64,000 nucleotides of DNA, taken from the NCBI GenBank assembly GCA_965207885.1, contig OZ242311.1, positions 1,440,001 to 1,504,000 of the forward strand, read 5' to 3'. Both the position numbers and the translations under genes were made by a program. The notes below the pieces were generated by a model. The model was not told where the DNA came from and ran no database searches. It saw nothing but the letters and a program-made list of their open reading frames with translations. This DNA is from Candidatus Latescibacterota bacterium. GTDB lineage: Bacteria; Latescibacterota; UBA2968. This document shows, in pieces, positions 48,145-57,305 of this stretch (positions within the stretch are counted from its first letter, which is position 1; every line of letters begins with the position of its first letter).

Positions 48145-50508
48145 TTAGAATTTCCGGTTGTAGGTTATGCTGGGCAGGATTCCGAAAAGGGATATTTGTA
48201 CGGCTTCGGTGACAAGCTTGTCCTTCTCGTTTTGCCGCACGCTGAGTGAGGCGGAGTTGCGTCGGTTGTACACGTTGTAGATGGTAAAGGCCCAACTGTT
48301 TTCATTGGCTGTCGTGTAGGTCAGTCCCAGATCCAGGCGGTGATAGGCTGGCAGGCGAGCCCCATGGCGAGTCTCGTACTGAGGAACAATAAAATTGGCG
48401 AATTCGTAGCGGCTGGCCGGGAGGGTGGAGGGCGTACCTGTGGCAAGGACGAGATTCGTCGATAGCGACCAGCGGGGTTTGAGCGCGTATACCGTTGTCA
48501 GGGTCAGGTCGTGTGTCTTGTCGTTGCTGGCTGGATAGTACCTCCCGTTGTTGATGCCCGGATCGCCGTTACCTAGTCCGGGGACTTGTCGCTCGGTGCG
48601 CGACCACGTGTACCCCAACCAACCGGTTAATTGTCCGGTGCGCTTGCGCACCATCAGCTCTACGCCGTAGGAACGGCCTCCGCCCTTTAGTAGCTCGGTT
48701 TCCAGGTTGTTGTTGACGGTCAGGTCGGATCCGTCAACGTAGTCGATCTGGTTGTTCATCTTCTTATAATAGGCTTCGATCGAGGCTTCGTACGTGTTGT
48801 CCTGGAGATTTCGGAAGTAGCCGATGGCGATCTGGTCCGCTGTTTGCGGCTCAACAAAAGGTCCGCTGGGCCTCCAGATGTCCAATGGCTGGGATGCGGT
48901 AGTATTGGAGATGAGGTGGATATACTGCCGGATGCGATTGTAGCTCACCTTGATCGAGCTGGACTCTGTCAAGGACCATCGTGCCGACGCTCGGGGCTCC
49001 AGACCAGCAAAGCTCTGTATGTTTTCCCTCTCCCCAAACGAGATGACGCTATCGACCACGCCCGCTTCGTACCGGCCCAGGGTCTCGTTGTAGACGATGG
49101 GTTGATCATCGCGATAGGCGGGAAGGTCCTGGGCACCCTGACGTCTGAACGCCGAGAGACGCAACCCATATTGGAGGGAGATAAAGTCGGTGAGTTGATG
49201 GTCCAGGCTGAGGTACGCGCCTGGCTCTATGGCGTTCTGTTGATCCAGTTCCGTTGGCACAACAGAGGACGCTTTCCCAATGGGTTTGATGGTGCCGGGG
49301 GTAAAGCTGTAATGGATGGTACTCGCGCCGAAGTTGACCGCATTTCCTTCGCTCAGTGAGTAGGAGAAATCCGCTTTGAGCTTGTAGTTGGTTATGTGTG
49401 ATAACCAATTGTGTTCCGCGCCTGCTGTGAATGTATCGCTATCGTAGCTGTACCTGCTGAATACTCCCGTGAAATTCGCGAAGAGTCGCCGGCTGAAGAG
49501 GTTCCATCGGATGGTGGCTGTGGTATTCCCCCACGCGTTGCCGAAGATGTCCGCTACTTTGAACGCGTCTCTGCCACGATAGCCCGAGACAAAGAGCCGG
49601 TTGTTGTCGTTGATATTGTAGTTGCCTTTGAAGTTGACGTCGTAGAAGTGGGCGGTGCTCTTGTCACTGCTAAACGCGTTGTAGAAGATGTCGCCGTATG
49701 AACGGCGAGCGGCGATCACGTAGGATCCGCGACCGTTGGCGACCGGTCCTTCAAGGAGCAGCCGCCCCGAGAGGATGCCTATTCCCACTTTGCCGCGGAA
49801 CTCTTTGGCATTGCCCTCCTTTTGTCGCACATCCAGCACTGAAGACAAGCGTCCCCCATATTGCGCTGGAATACCGCCTTTGTAGATCTTGATATCTTTG
49901 GTGATGTCAGCATTGAAAACTGAGAAGAAGCCGAAGAGATGAGCGGCGTTATAGACGATGGCTTCGTCGAGTAGGACGAGATTCTGATCTGCTGCGCCAC
50001 CGCGCACGTTGAAGCCCGCAGCCCCTTCGCGTACGGTCGTCACTCCCGGCAACAGTTGTATTGCTTGTACCACGTCTGCTTCGCCCAATACAGCTGGCGT
50101 GCGCTGTACTGTCTGTATGTCCAACTCGGCTGCGCTCATTTCGATCGATTCGACATTCTTATCGGCTTGGTGTGCGCTCACAGCGATCTGCCCCAGTTCG
50201 ATGACGGCTACCCCCAATTCGATGTTGAGCACTTGATCCTGATGCGGGTCTGTCGTGCGCACGATTGATTCGTAGCCGATGAGGCTAAAGCTGATTTCAT
50301 GAGCTCCTGCTGGCAGTCGTAGCGAGTAATGCCCATAGGCATTCGTGATTGTACCCACCTGAAGGGTCGTTACAACGACATTGACGCCCGGTAGGGCTTC
50401 GCCGTCGGCCGCATCTTTGATTTGGCCGCTAACGGTGAGTGTCTCCTGAGCTGGGCTGTTTGTGATTGTCGTGAGCAGCAGACAAGCTGTTAGGAAGGAC
50501 TTGTGCAT
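48145..50508 (-). CDS. TonB-dependent receptor with carboxypeptidase-like N-domain
   Basis: GE.D....QLLPGV, VRGG..DQN..LLD, HLFGFFS.FN, YGGRLSSV, YHRLD, C-terminal F. Confidence 0.93.
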   Translation of the reverse strand: MHKSFLTACLLLTTITNSPAQETLTVSGQIKDAADGEALPGVNVVVTTLQVGTITNAYGHYSLRLPAGAHEISFSLIGYESIVRTTDPHQDQVLNIELGVAVIELGQIAVSAHQADKNVESIEMSAAELDIQTVQRTPAVLGEADVVQAIQLLPGVTTVREGAAGFNVRGGAADQNLVLLDEAIVYNAAHLFGFFSVFNADITKDIKIYKGGIPAQYGGRLSSVLDVRQKEGNAKEFRGKVGIGILSGRLLLEGPVANGRGSYVIAARRSYGDIFYNAFSSDKSTAHFYDVNFKGNYNINDNNRLFVSGYRGRDAFKVADIFGNAWGNTTATIRWNLFSRRLFANFTGVFSRYSYDSDTFTAGAEHNWLSHITNYKLKADFSYSLSEGNAVNFGASTIHYSFTPGTIKPIGKASSVVPTELDQQNAIEPGAYLSLDHQLTDFISLQYGLRLSAFRRQGAQDLPAYRDDQPIVYNETLGRYEAGVVDSVISFGERENIQSFAGLEPRASARWSLTESSSIKVSYNRIRQYIHLISNTTASQPLDIWRPSGPFVEPQTADQIAIGYFRNLQDNTYEASIEAYYKKMNNQIDYVDGSDLTVNNNLETELLKGGGRSYGVELMVRKRTGQLTGWLGYTWSRTERQVPGLGNGDPGINNGRYYPASNDKTHDLTLTTVYALKPRWSLSTNLVLATGTPSTLPASRYEFANFIVPQYETRHGARLPAYHRLDLGLTYTTANENSWAFTIYNVYNRRNSASLSVRQNEKDKLVTEAVQISLFGILPSITYNRKF

Positions 50509-50662
50509 AGGTTCTTTCCTTTCCTGGTTAATAGTACATGTATATGCGTCAAAGCCTTCTCGGTGACCATCACAAGGATTGTGTATTGCACAGTGCAGTG
50601 GTCATCTGACGAGCGGCACAACTAATACTACGGTCCGGCTGTTAACTGAGGATTGCTGCTGG

Positions 50663-50677
50663 GTAACGAATTGTAAC
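50663..50677. promoter_or_regulatory. OmpR/CpxR-type direct-repeat box upstream of the TonB receptor
   Basis: GTAAC-gaatt-GTAAC. Confidence 0.55.
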
Positions 50678-50831
50678 AAGATGTGAACGGTGTGAGCGTT
50701 GTGGACGCACGAGTATTTCGTGCTTAGGCAGTCTTTGTCTTGCCTCAAGCGAGGATGGTAGAGGGATGCTGTTATGAGAAGCTATTTGGGGGCGCGTAGA
50801 TGCGCCCTCATTGGGGGAATCTACCTATTAT

Positions 50832-50996
50832 ATAGAGGACTCGGTTCGAGAGGAATCGGCGGACATGGTGGCCCGGCACGCCCCGGAGATTTCGCCCTGT
50901 TACGAAGTCGATGACCGCCGCTGTGGTCCCTGGATCCCACTCGATATCGACGTATCTCCGTTCGACAACTCGGGCACCGACAAAGAGGGGGTGTGG
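50832..50996 (+). pseudogene. IS1380-family transposase fragment
   Basis: Reads WIPLDIDVSPFDNSGTDKEGV, a motif recognised from IS1380 transposases; no start or ends. Confidence 0.7.
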
Positions 50997-51004
50997 TCAC
51001 GGAT

Positions 51005-52300
51005 TCAGGGAAATGTGAGCAGGACGCATGTTCCTTTGTTCGGTTGGCTCGTAATATCGATCTGTCCTCCGTGTGCCTCCATGATTTTCTTGCATACGCT
51101 CATGCCCAAGCCATAGCCGCCAGTTTGTTTGGAGCGAGATTTATCCACGCGATAGAAGGGCTCGAAGATGCGGGGGAGATCGTCTTTTGGGATGCCTGAT
51201 CCGTAGTCTTGCACCTTGACAAAAATCTTCCCTTGCTCCCGGGCACAGGTGACTTCGATGGGATCTTTCGCGTTGGAGTGTCTGGTGGCATTCGAGAGGA
51301 GATTGTTGAGGACCGTTGTTACTCTTGTTGGGTCGACGCTCACTATGAGATCTTCAGGCGAGCATTGGAGGACGACGCCAGGTTTTTGGTTTTGGTAATT
51401 CTTGCACGTATCCATTAGGAGATCAAGGATATTGATCGGTTCGAGTTGGAGTCCTCCATAGGAGCTGTTTAGGCGCTCAGTTTCGAGAATTTCTGTCACC
51501 ATTGCTTCCATATGCTTGATGTTTCTGTGGAGGGTTTGCTTGGTCTTGTCGTGCTTGAGAAACTCCAGAGCTACTAGCATGCGCGTTAGCGGTGAGCGTA
51601 ACTCGTGACTCACGTCGAGTAGCAACTGGTCGCGGGTCTGGAGTGACTCACGGATTTGCTGGGTCATATGGTTGAACGAGAGTGCGAGCTGGCCAAGCTC
51701 GTCGACGCTATTGGTCTTGATCTCAAAGTCGAGGTTGCCTTCCCCAATTGCCCTTACGCCCTCATGTAGTGCTTTTATGGGTTTGAGTTGGTTGCGAAGT
51801 ATGAGGTAGATGGCGAAGAAGGAGAATATGACGAGTCCAAGTGAGATGAGATCATAGAGTTCATTTTGATATAGATCTTTGAGGAGATTGAGCTGATAGT
51901 GGCCATGGTCTGATTGCAGATCTACGAATATGCCTCCGCTTTCCTCGCTGATCATGATCCTGACTCGATCATCCTCCTCATAGGGGATCAGGGCCTCTCT
52001 CTTCTTCACCTGCATGTCGGGGTCACTTTGCCAAATGACGCCGTTGCTTTCATACCTGATGTCTACTTGTAGGCTGTCTGCTGTTTGTTGTAGTCGATGC
52101 GGATCGGGTTGTGGTCCAAGGTCGGCTACAATGCCTTGTGCGTGCCTCACCATGAGGCCTGATAATAGGGCTGGTAGAATACTGCTTCGTAGTTCACGGT
52201 CTTCAAGCCAGAGGAGGAGGGCTGTCATGATTGCGATGGTGAGGAAGAACAGTAGGGAGATCCTTAGAAAGAGCGACCGCTTGATATTGAAGAGTCTCAT
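51005..52300 (-). CDS. HAMP-domain sensor histidine kinase
   Basis: Two TM, HAMP, DVSHELRSPL, NLLSNA, DYGSGI, GYGLG. Confidence 0.95.
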   Translation of the reverse strand: MRLFNIKRSLFLRISLLFFLTIAIMTALLLWLEDRELRSSILPALLSGLMVRHAQGIVADLGPQPDPHRLQQTADSLQVDIRYESNGVIWQSDPDMQVKKREALIPYEEDDRVRIMISEESGGIFVDLQSDHGHYQLNLLKDLYQNELYDLISLGLVIFSFFAIYLILRNQLKPIKALHEGVRAIGEGNLDFEIKTNSVDELGQLALSFNHMTQQIRESLQTRDQLLLDVSHELRSPLTRMLVALEFLKHDKTKQTLHRNIKHMEAMVTEILETERLNSSYGGLQLEPINILDLLMDTCKNYQNQKPGVVLQCSPEDLIVSVDPTRVTTVLNNLLSNATRHSNAKDPIEVTCAREQGKIFVKVQDYGSGIPKDDLPRIFEPFYRVDKSRSKQTGGYGLGMSVCKKIMEAHGGQIDITSQPNKGTCVLLTFP

Positions 52301-52992
52301 ACTGCCTCTGTGGCGCCGAGAAACATGTATCCTGCGCCGCGAATCGTTCGTATGTAGCGAGGGTTTTTCGGGTCGTCTTTTAGCTTGTTGCGTATTCTGG
52401 ATATGAGGACATCAACTGAGCGGTCGAAGGCCTCCCAGTCTATTCCTCGAATATTCTGCATGATATAGCCTCGACTGAGGACTCTTCCCTGGCTTTGGAC
52501 GAGCAGAGCCAGCATTTCGAATTCTGTTGTTGTGAGATTCAAGGCGACGCCATCGAGTGTGGCGGTATATTTCTCCAAGCTAATTTTGAGACTGCCGACG
52601 TGGAGAAGGTCTTTCTTGGCCGGCTTGTGCCCTCGTCTGAGGACTGCTTGTATTCTCGCGACCAGCTCTCTTGCTTCAAATGGCTTGGGTAGGTAGTCGT
52701 CTGCTCCGAGTTCGAGTCCGACGACACGATCTGTGATGTCCCCACGGGCCGTGAGCATAATAATGGGCAGCGTATTTGTTTCTCGGATGGTCTTGCACAC
52801 CTTGAATCCATCCAATTCTGGTAACATGACATCAAGAATGACCAGGTCGAAGTCGCTTGTTCCAAGAAGCTCGAGCCCCTTAGACGGGCTGTGCACAGCG
52901 GTTATCTGGTAGCCGAAGTCTCCCAAGTAGGTCTCTAAGAGATCGGTGAGTTCTTGGTCATCATCGATGATTAGTATTGAATCCATTACCAT
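52297..52992 (-). CDS. OmpR/CpxR-family response regulator
   Basis: IIDDD, LDVMLP, MLTARG, GADDYLPKPF, DRSVDV.ISR.R.K, TIRGAGY. Confidence 0.96.
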   Translation of the reverse strand: MVMDSILIIDDDQELTDLLETYLGDFGYQITAVHSPSKGLELLGTSDFDLVILDVMLPELDGFKVCKTIRETNTLPIIMLTARGDITDRVVGLELGADDYLPKPFEARELVARIQAVLRRGHKPAKKDLLHVGSLKISLEKYTATLDGVALNLTTTEFEMLALLVQSQGRVLSRGYIMQNIRGIDWEAFDRSVDVLISRIRNKLKDDPKNPRYIRTIRGAGYMFLGATEAV

Positions 52993-53061
52993 GAGTCCTA
53001 TGAGTCCTTGCTTCTGTAAGGGAAAGAAAACCTTGTAGTGTAAATGGATTTTTTCTGCTTT

Positions 53062-53076
53062 GTAACAGATTGTAAC
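53062..53076. promoter_or_regulatory. OmpR/CpxR-type direct-repeat box upstream of the response regulator
   Basis: GTAAC-agatt-GTAAC. Confidence 0.55.
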
Positions 53077-53134
53077 CGTGGAGGGGGGTGTTACGGTAGG
53101 GTGGGATTCGGTCCAGGTACATCATTTACACATC

Positions 53135-53182
53135 AGTCCGGATTAGCTATACTAACGTTTTCATCCGCGAGAAGTTCCCCTC
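53135..53182. repeat. 48-bp direct repeat, right copy
   Basis: 46/48 identical to 47083-47130; starts 7 bp after the LPG-synthase-TM stop. Confidence 0.93.
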
Positions 53183-53189
53183 TACATAT

Positions 53190-54137
53190 TCACCGCCGCA
53201 CCGCCATCAAAACAAATCCAAAAAACACCCAGAAAATTTTCCTGATACGCCGGATCAATGCAACGCCCAATCCCAATTCTGGCGTCAACCCCAACAATTG
53301 AAAAAGAAACACATGCCCACTCTCAAAAACACCGACACCAGATGGAATAAAGAAAAACGCCGTGTTTATAATCAACGACAAAGACGTGAGCAAAAAAGCG
53401 GTCAAAAAAGATTGTGGCTGTCCCAACAGGCTGAGAATCGCATACACTTCAAAAGTTCCCAAAACCCAACTCAGCATGTGCAGTGCCATACACAGCCAGA
53501 ACCCCAGGCGATTCTGCCGGTAAAATGCCGCAATCGTCCGATCAACTTCTTCAAACTTTTCACGCTTCGACTCCAAAAAAGAGAGACGCAACTTCTTCAA
53601 AACATCCAGCAACCATACAGAAGCCCGTTGGCGCTGAGACATATACGCCGCCACAATTCCAACCGTACCCAACACCAGGGCAACCCCCAATCCAATCTGC
53701 ACCTCTACTGAAAGCGGAAACATGCCCACGGCCAACCCCGTGCCAACCAGCGCGAAGACCAGGCCACTCACCAGTTCAACCGTCTTATTGATCACCAGAG
53801 AGGGTACACCCTGCGTCACAGAAACCCGGTCGCGCAACATATACGCTTTGGCCACCTCACCACCCACATGGGAAGCCGGTGTGACATTGCCAATAGCTTC
53901 TCCCGATAACTTTGTGCAAAAAAGTGACCAAAAATGCGGACGCTCGCCATTAAAACACATCGCCCATGCCCACGTATTGCTCACATGCCAGCCCAATGCA
54001 ATGAGCAAAACAGGTACATAGCCCCACCCCATCTGCCGCACTTGCGTCCAGGCGGCGATAATCCCAACCTCGTAAATCAACACCGCCAGCAGCGTTAACC
54101 CAATGCCCCACAACATCACCCTGCGCGCAGTTTTCAT
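53190..54137 (-). CDS. Lysylphosphatidylglycerol synthase TM / flippase-like protein (HpnL-like)
   Basis: GE...NVTP...VGGE.AK, FFIPSGVGVFE, RRIR. Confidence 0.82.
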   Translation of the reverse strand: MKTARRVMLWGIGLTLLAVLIYEVGIIAAWTQVRQMGWGYVPVLLIALGWHVSNTWAWAMCFNGERPHFWSLFCTKLSGEAIGNVTPASHVGGEVAKAYMLRDRVSVTQGVPSLVINKTVELVSGLVFALVGTGLAVGMFPLSVEVQIGLGVALVLGTVGIVAAYMSQRQRASVWLLDVLKKLRLSFLESKREKFEEVDRTIAAFYRQNRLGFWLCMALHMLSWVLGTFEVYAILSLLGQPQSFLTAFLLTSLSLIINTAFFFIPSGVGVFESGHVFLFQLLGLTPELGLGVALIRRIRKIFWVFFGFVLMAVRR

Positions 54138-54209
54138 TTGCTATCTATCCCAAAAGAAACGGCGACCAAAATGCGCCGCCGTTCGTCAATAGTGTCTTAT
54201 AGAACACCG

Positions 54210-55766
54210 TCAATTAACCCGCATAATCACGTGATAGCCCAGAGGGGTTTTGACAACCCCACTGACTTCATTGGGTTTGAGCTTCATCACTGCGGCTTCA
54301 AAATCCGGATGCAAATCGCCCTTAGAGAAAAACCCCGTACTTCCGCCATTTTCTTTTGAAGGATCAATAGAATAACTCCTCGCCAAAGCGGCAAAATCTT
54401 CTCCGGCTTTGAGCTTGTTCAAAATTTCCTGAGCCTCAATTTCCGTCTTCACCAGAATATGCCGCACCCGCATCTTGCCCGCCTGAATCGACTTAATAAT
54501 ATCCAGATTGCCCTGTGCATCGCGCAGCGTACTGGCATCCTTGCTTTCGGCCATTGCCGTTTCATATGCTCTTCTCGCCTTGTCAAAATCTCCCCGAGCC
54601 GAATAAATAAACCCCAGATTGTTGTGAACTTCGGCATCTTTGGGATCAATTGCCAATACCTTCTCGTAAATCACACCTGCAGAATCGACCTTCTCTTCGC
54701 CCAAATACAGCAATGCCAACCGCTTATAGGGCGCAATCCACCTGGGCGCGCGCGAGATACAGGTCAACAGTTCAGTCTTGCCCTGTGCAATATTGCCCTT
54801 AGCCACATAGACTTCTGCCAGCCGAAATCGCACCAAATTGCCATCGGGCGCGCGTTCCAAAATGCCCAGCATCTCGCCAATACTGGCGTCAAAATTACCC
54901 CTGGCTGCGTACAACTGGGCAAGTGCATCGCGCACCTCGAGATCATCCGGAGCGAGATCGCGCACCTTTTCCCAGGCTGTCTGTGCAATATCCAAAGAAT
55001 CCACTTCTGCACTCATAAAACCGAGTGCGCGATACACCGACGGATCTTCTGGCGCAGCCTCAACAGCCTGTCGATATGCCGAAAATGCCTGCTGCGTCAT
55101 CCCCAGCGCGTGAAAAACCCCGCCCCGATTGACCATCAACATCACATTGTCCGGATTGGCAGCAAGGCCGCGGTCCATAACGGCGATAGCACTGAGTGTA
55201 TCGCCAACCGCAATATGGGTCAGCGCCAGAGATTGATACGCCTCGATAAAATCGGAACGGCGTTTGAGTGCCGCTTCAAAATCGGCGATAGCTTCTCTGG
55301 GCTTGCCCAGATCGCTATTGAGAGATGCGCGTTCTGCCAGAAGCAAAGCGGGTTCATCGCTTTGCCCAATACCTCGATCCAGTGCAGAAAGAGCCTGAGA
55401 AATTTTGCCCTGCCGAGCAAACACCAGCGCCAGATCGCGATATCCGCGAACAGAACCTGGTTTTATCTCCACTACCTTTTGAAAAGCGGCCACCGCAGCG
55501 TCCAATTGCCCAGCCTCTGCGTAAAGCGTACCCAAAAAACCGTGCGCTCCCACACTATCGGCATGTGCCTCGGCAAAAGCGCGCGCCACCTCGAGGGCAT
55601 CGTCAATTTTGCCCTCGCTATAATGCGCCTCAATCTCTTTCAAAAAATCCCGCGCATCCACAACCGGGGCCTGAAAAAATATCATACCCCATACAAAACA
55701 CAGCATCCACCGTTTCAAAACGCAACCTCCATCCTTGACAACAGCAACACAACACAATATAATCAC
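54210..55766 (-). CDS. TPR-repeat protein with C-terminal parvulin (PpiC) PPIase domain
   Basis: Many TPR units, then RVRHILV, F..LAR.YS.D.S..NGG.G.F, VKTPLGYHVI; true start probably downstream. Confidence 0.9.
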   Translation of the reverse strand: MIILCCVAVVKDGGCVLKRWMLCFVWGMIFFQAPVVDARDFLKEIEAHYSEGKIDDALEVARAFAEAHADSVGAHGFLGTLYAEAGQLDAAVAAFQKVVEIKPGSVRGYRDLALVFARQGKISQALSALDRGIGQSDEPALLLAERASLNSDLGKPREAIADFEAALKRRSDFIEAYQSLALTHIAVGDTLSAIAVMDRGLAANPDNVMLMVNRGGVFHALGMTQQAFSAYRQAVEAAPEDPSVYRALGFMSAEVDSLDIAQTAWEKVRDLAPDDLEVRDALAQLYAARGNFDASIGEMLGILERAPDGNLVRFRLAEVYVAKGNIAQGKTELLTCISRAPRWIAPYKRLALLYLGEEKVDSAGVIYEKVLAIDPKDAEVHNNLGFIYSARGDFDKARRAYETAMAESKDASTLRDAQGNLDIIKSIQAGKMRVRHILVKTEIEAQEILNKLKAGEDFAALARSYSIDPSKENGGSTGFFSKGDLHPDFEAAVMKLKPNEVSGVVKTPLGYHVIMRVN

Positions 55767-55775
55767 TTCTCACCT

Positions 55776-56336
55776 ATGAAAACTTTAAAACAAAACACCG
55801 TACCACTCATAGCCTTTCTAATCGCGGGAAGTACAGCGATACTCGCTTACGACCACTTGTCCTACGTAATTCCCTATGTGGTCTTTAAGTATCCCATCGC
55901 CATTGTCGTACTCTACGCATTTTTTCGGCTCATCGCATTTGCAGAGCGTAGGCGCAGTGCCCAACTCGACGAAGTGGGCTTGCTTCGGCCTCTGCGCGAC
56001 GGTGCATTCCTCGTATGCCTGCACGCGCACCTGCGCGACCTCGGCATAGACCTGAACCTTTTATCATCGGCATCCAGCATGCACCTCGGCCTGTTATCCT
56101 GGGCAGTCGCCCTCATCGGATATTACGCCCTTGAGCAACCCGGAGGACTACCCGGTCGCACAATCGCTATCCTGTCCTCTTCTGCCACGCGCATCACAGT
56201 CTGCCGCGGACTCATCATCTCGGGACTGATAGGCGTAATCGGCACATTCGCGGCAATTGTCCAGCCTCTCTGGCTCGGTCTCCCCCTGCTTCTGGTATTC
56301 ATTCGCGCCTATCTGCGTTCCGGAGACGGATCGTGA
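55776..56336 (+). CDS. Hypothetical membrane protein
   Basis: Hydrophobic 186-aa end of ORF 54459-56336; GTGA overlap with the EamA gene. Confidence 0.65.
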   Translation: MKTLKQNTVPLIAFLIAGSTAILAYDHLSYVIPYVVFKYPIAIVVLYAFFRLIAFAERRRSAQLDEVGLLRPLRDGAFLVCLHAHLRDLGIDLNLLSSASSMHLGLLSWAVALIGYYALEQPGGLPGRTIAILSSSATRITVCRGLIISGLIGVIGTFAAIVQPLWLGLPLLLVFIRAYLRSGDGS

Positions 56337-57217
56337 ACGTAGAAAATGAACGCCTCAACACCCGCGCCGCCCTGCTCAACCTCTTGACGGCAATCCTCTG
56401 GGGTGGCAATTCCGTATCCATCAAACTCGGGCTTTCTGGTATTCCACCGCTTTGCCTGGCCGGCATGCGTTTCTTGCTCGGCGGACTCGTCGTCTATATT
56501 TGGACGCGCCCCCTGAAGATCGACCTGAAACTCAAATCCAACGAGAGACGAGGCATTGTCGGCCTCATTTTTATTTTTCTCGCGCAGATCTACCTGCTCA
56601 ATGCGGGAACCGATTACACCCTCGCCAGCCGCTCGACCATCTTTATCTCTGCCTATCCCTTCTTCACCGCCTCGTTTGCACACATCTTTATACCGGGTGA
56701 CAAAATCAGCACGCGCAAAATGATCGGCATGGTATTGTCTTTTCTCGGCGTAATACTCATCTTTGCCGAAAGCCTATCACTCGGCGAACTTCAACATCTT
56801 TTAGGGGACACCCTCGTGCTCGCAAGTGCCGCTCTGCTCGGTGCTCGCCAGGTTTATCTCAAGCGCCTCGTCCAGAACATACACCCCGGAAAAGTCTTGA
56901 TCTGGCAATCCGCCCCCAGCGTACCCATCTTTTTTTTACTCAGCGCACTATTTGAAACACAGACCATTCAACTCGATATCCGCGTCCTGAGTGCCGTTCT
57001 CTATCAGGGTCTCGTCGTCGCGGGATTCTGCTTTATCCTCCTCACCAGCCTGCTAAAACGCTATTCGGCCAGCCGCCTCTCTGTATTTGGATTCATCACC
57101 CCAATTGTCGGTGTCGTCGTCAGCAACCTTCTCCTCGGCGACCCCATCTCACCCGCCATTCTCCTCAGCCTCGCACTCGTGGGCATCGGCATCACCATTG
57201 TCAATACATCACAGTAA
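56333..57217 (+). CDS. EamA/DMT family transporter
   Basis: LWGGN...K, P......RF, about 10 TM, two EamA repeats. Confidence 0.92.
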   Translation: MNVENERLNTRAALLNLLTAILWGGNSVSIKLGLSGIPPLCLAGMRFLLGGLVVYIWTRPLKIDLKLKSNERRGIVGLIFIFLAQIYLLNAGTDYTLASRSTIFISAYPFFTASFAHIFIPGDKISTRKMIGMVLSFLGVILIFAESLSLGELQHLLGDTLVLASAALLGARQVYLKRLVQNIHPGKVLIWQSAPSVPIFFLLSALFETQTIQLDIRVLSAVLYQGLVVAGFCFILLTSLLKRYSASRLSVFGFITPIVGVVVSNLLLGDPISPAILLSLALVGIGITIVNTSQ

Positions 57218-57305
57218 ACCTCTCCCAAAACAACAGCCTATCAATCTATGCGGTCTCATTATACGCCGCAAGAAAAAACTGGTTTCAAAACCCAATGTAC
57301 GCGCT

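Larger units (their letters stand above)
47083..53182. mobile_element. 6-kb integrase-free genomic islet bounded by 48-bp direct repeats
   Basis: Flanking repeats, reversed strand composition, nitrilase and IS1380 debris inside. Confidence 0.75.

Noticed and set aside
54459-55775. N-terminal 440 aa of the 625-aa plus-strand ORF
   Set aside because: Antisense to the TPR-PPIase gene; only the part from ATG 55776 looks like a real gene
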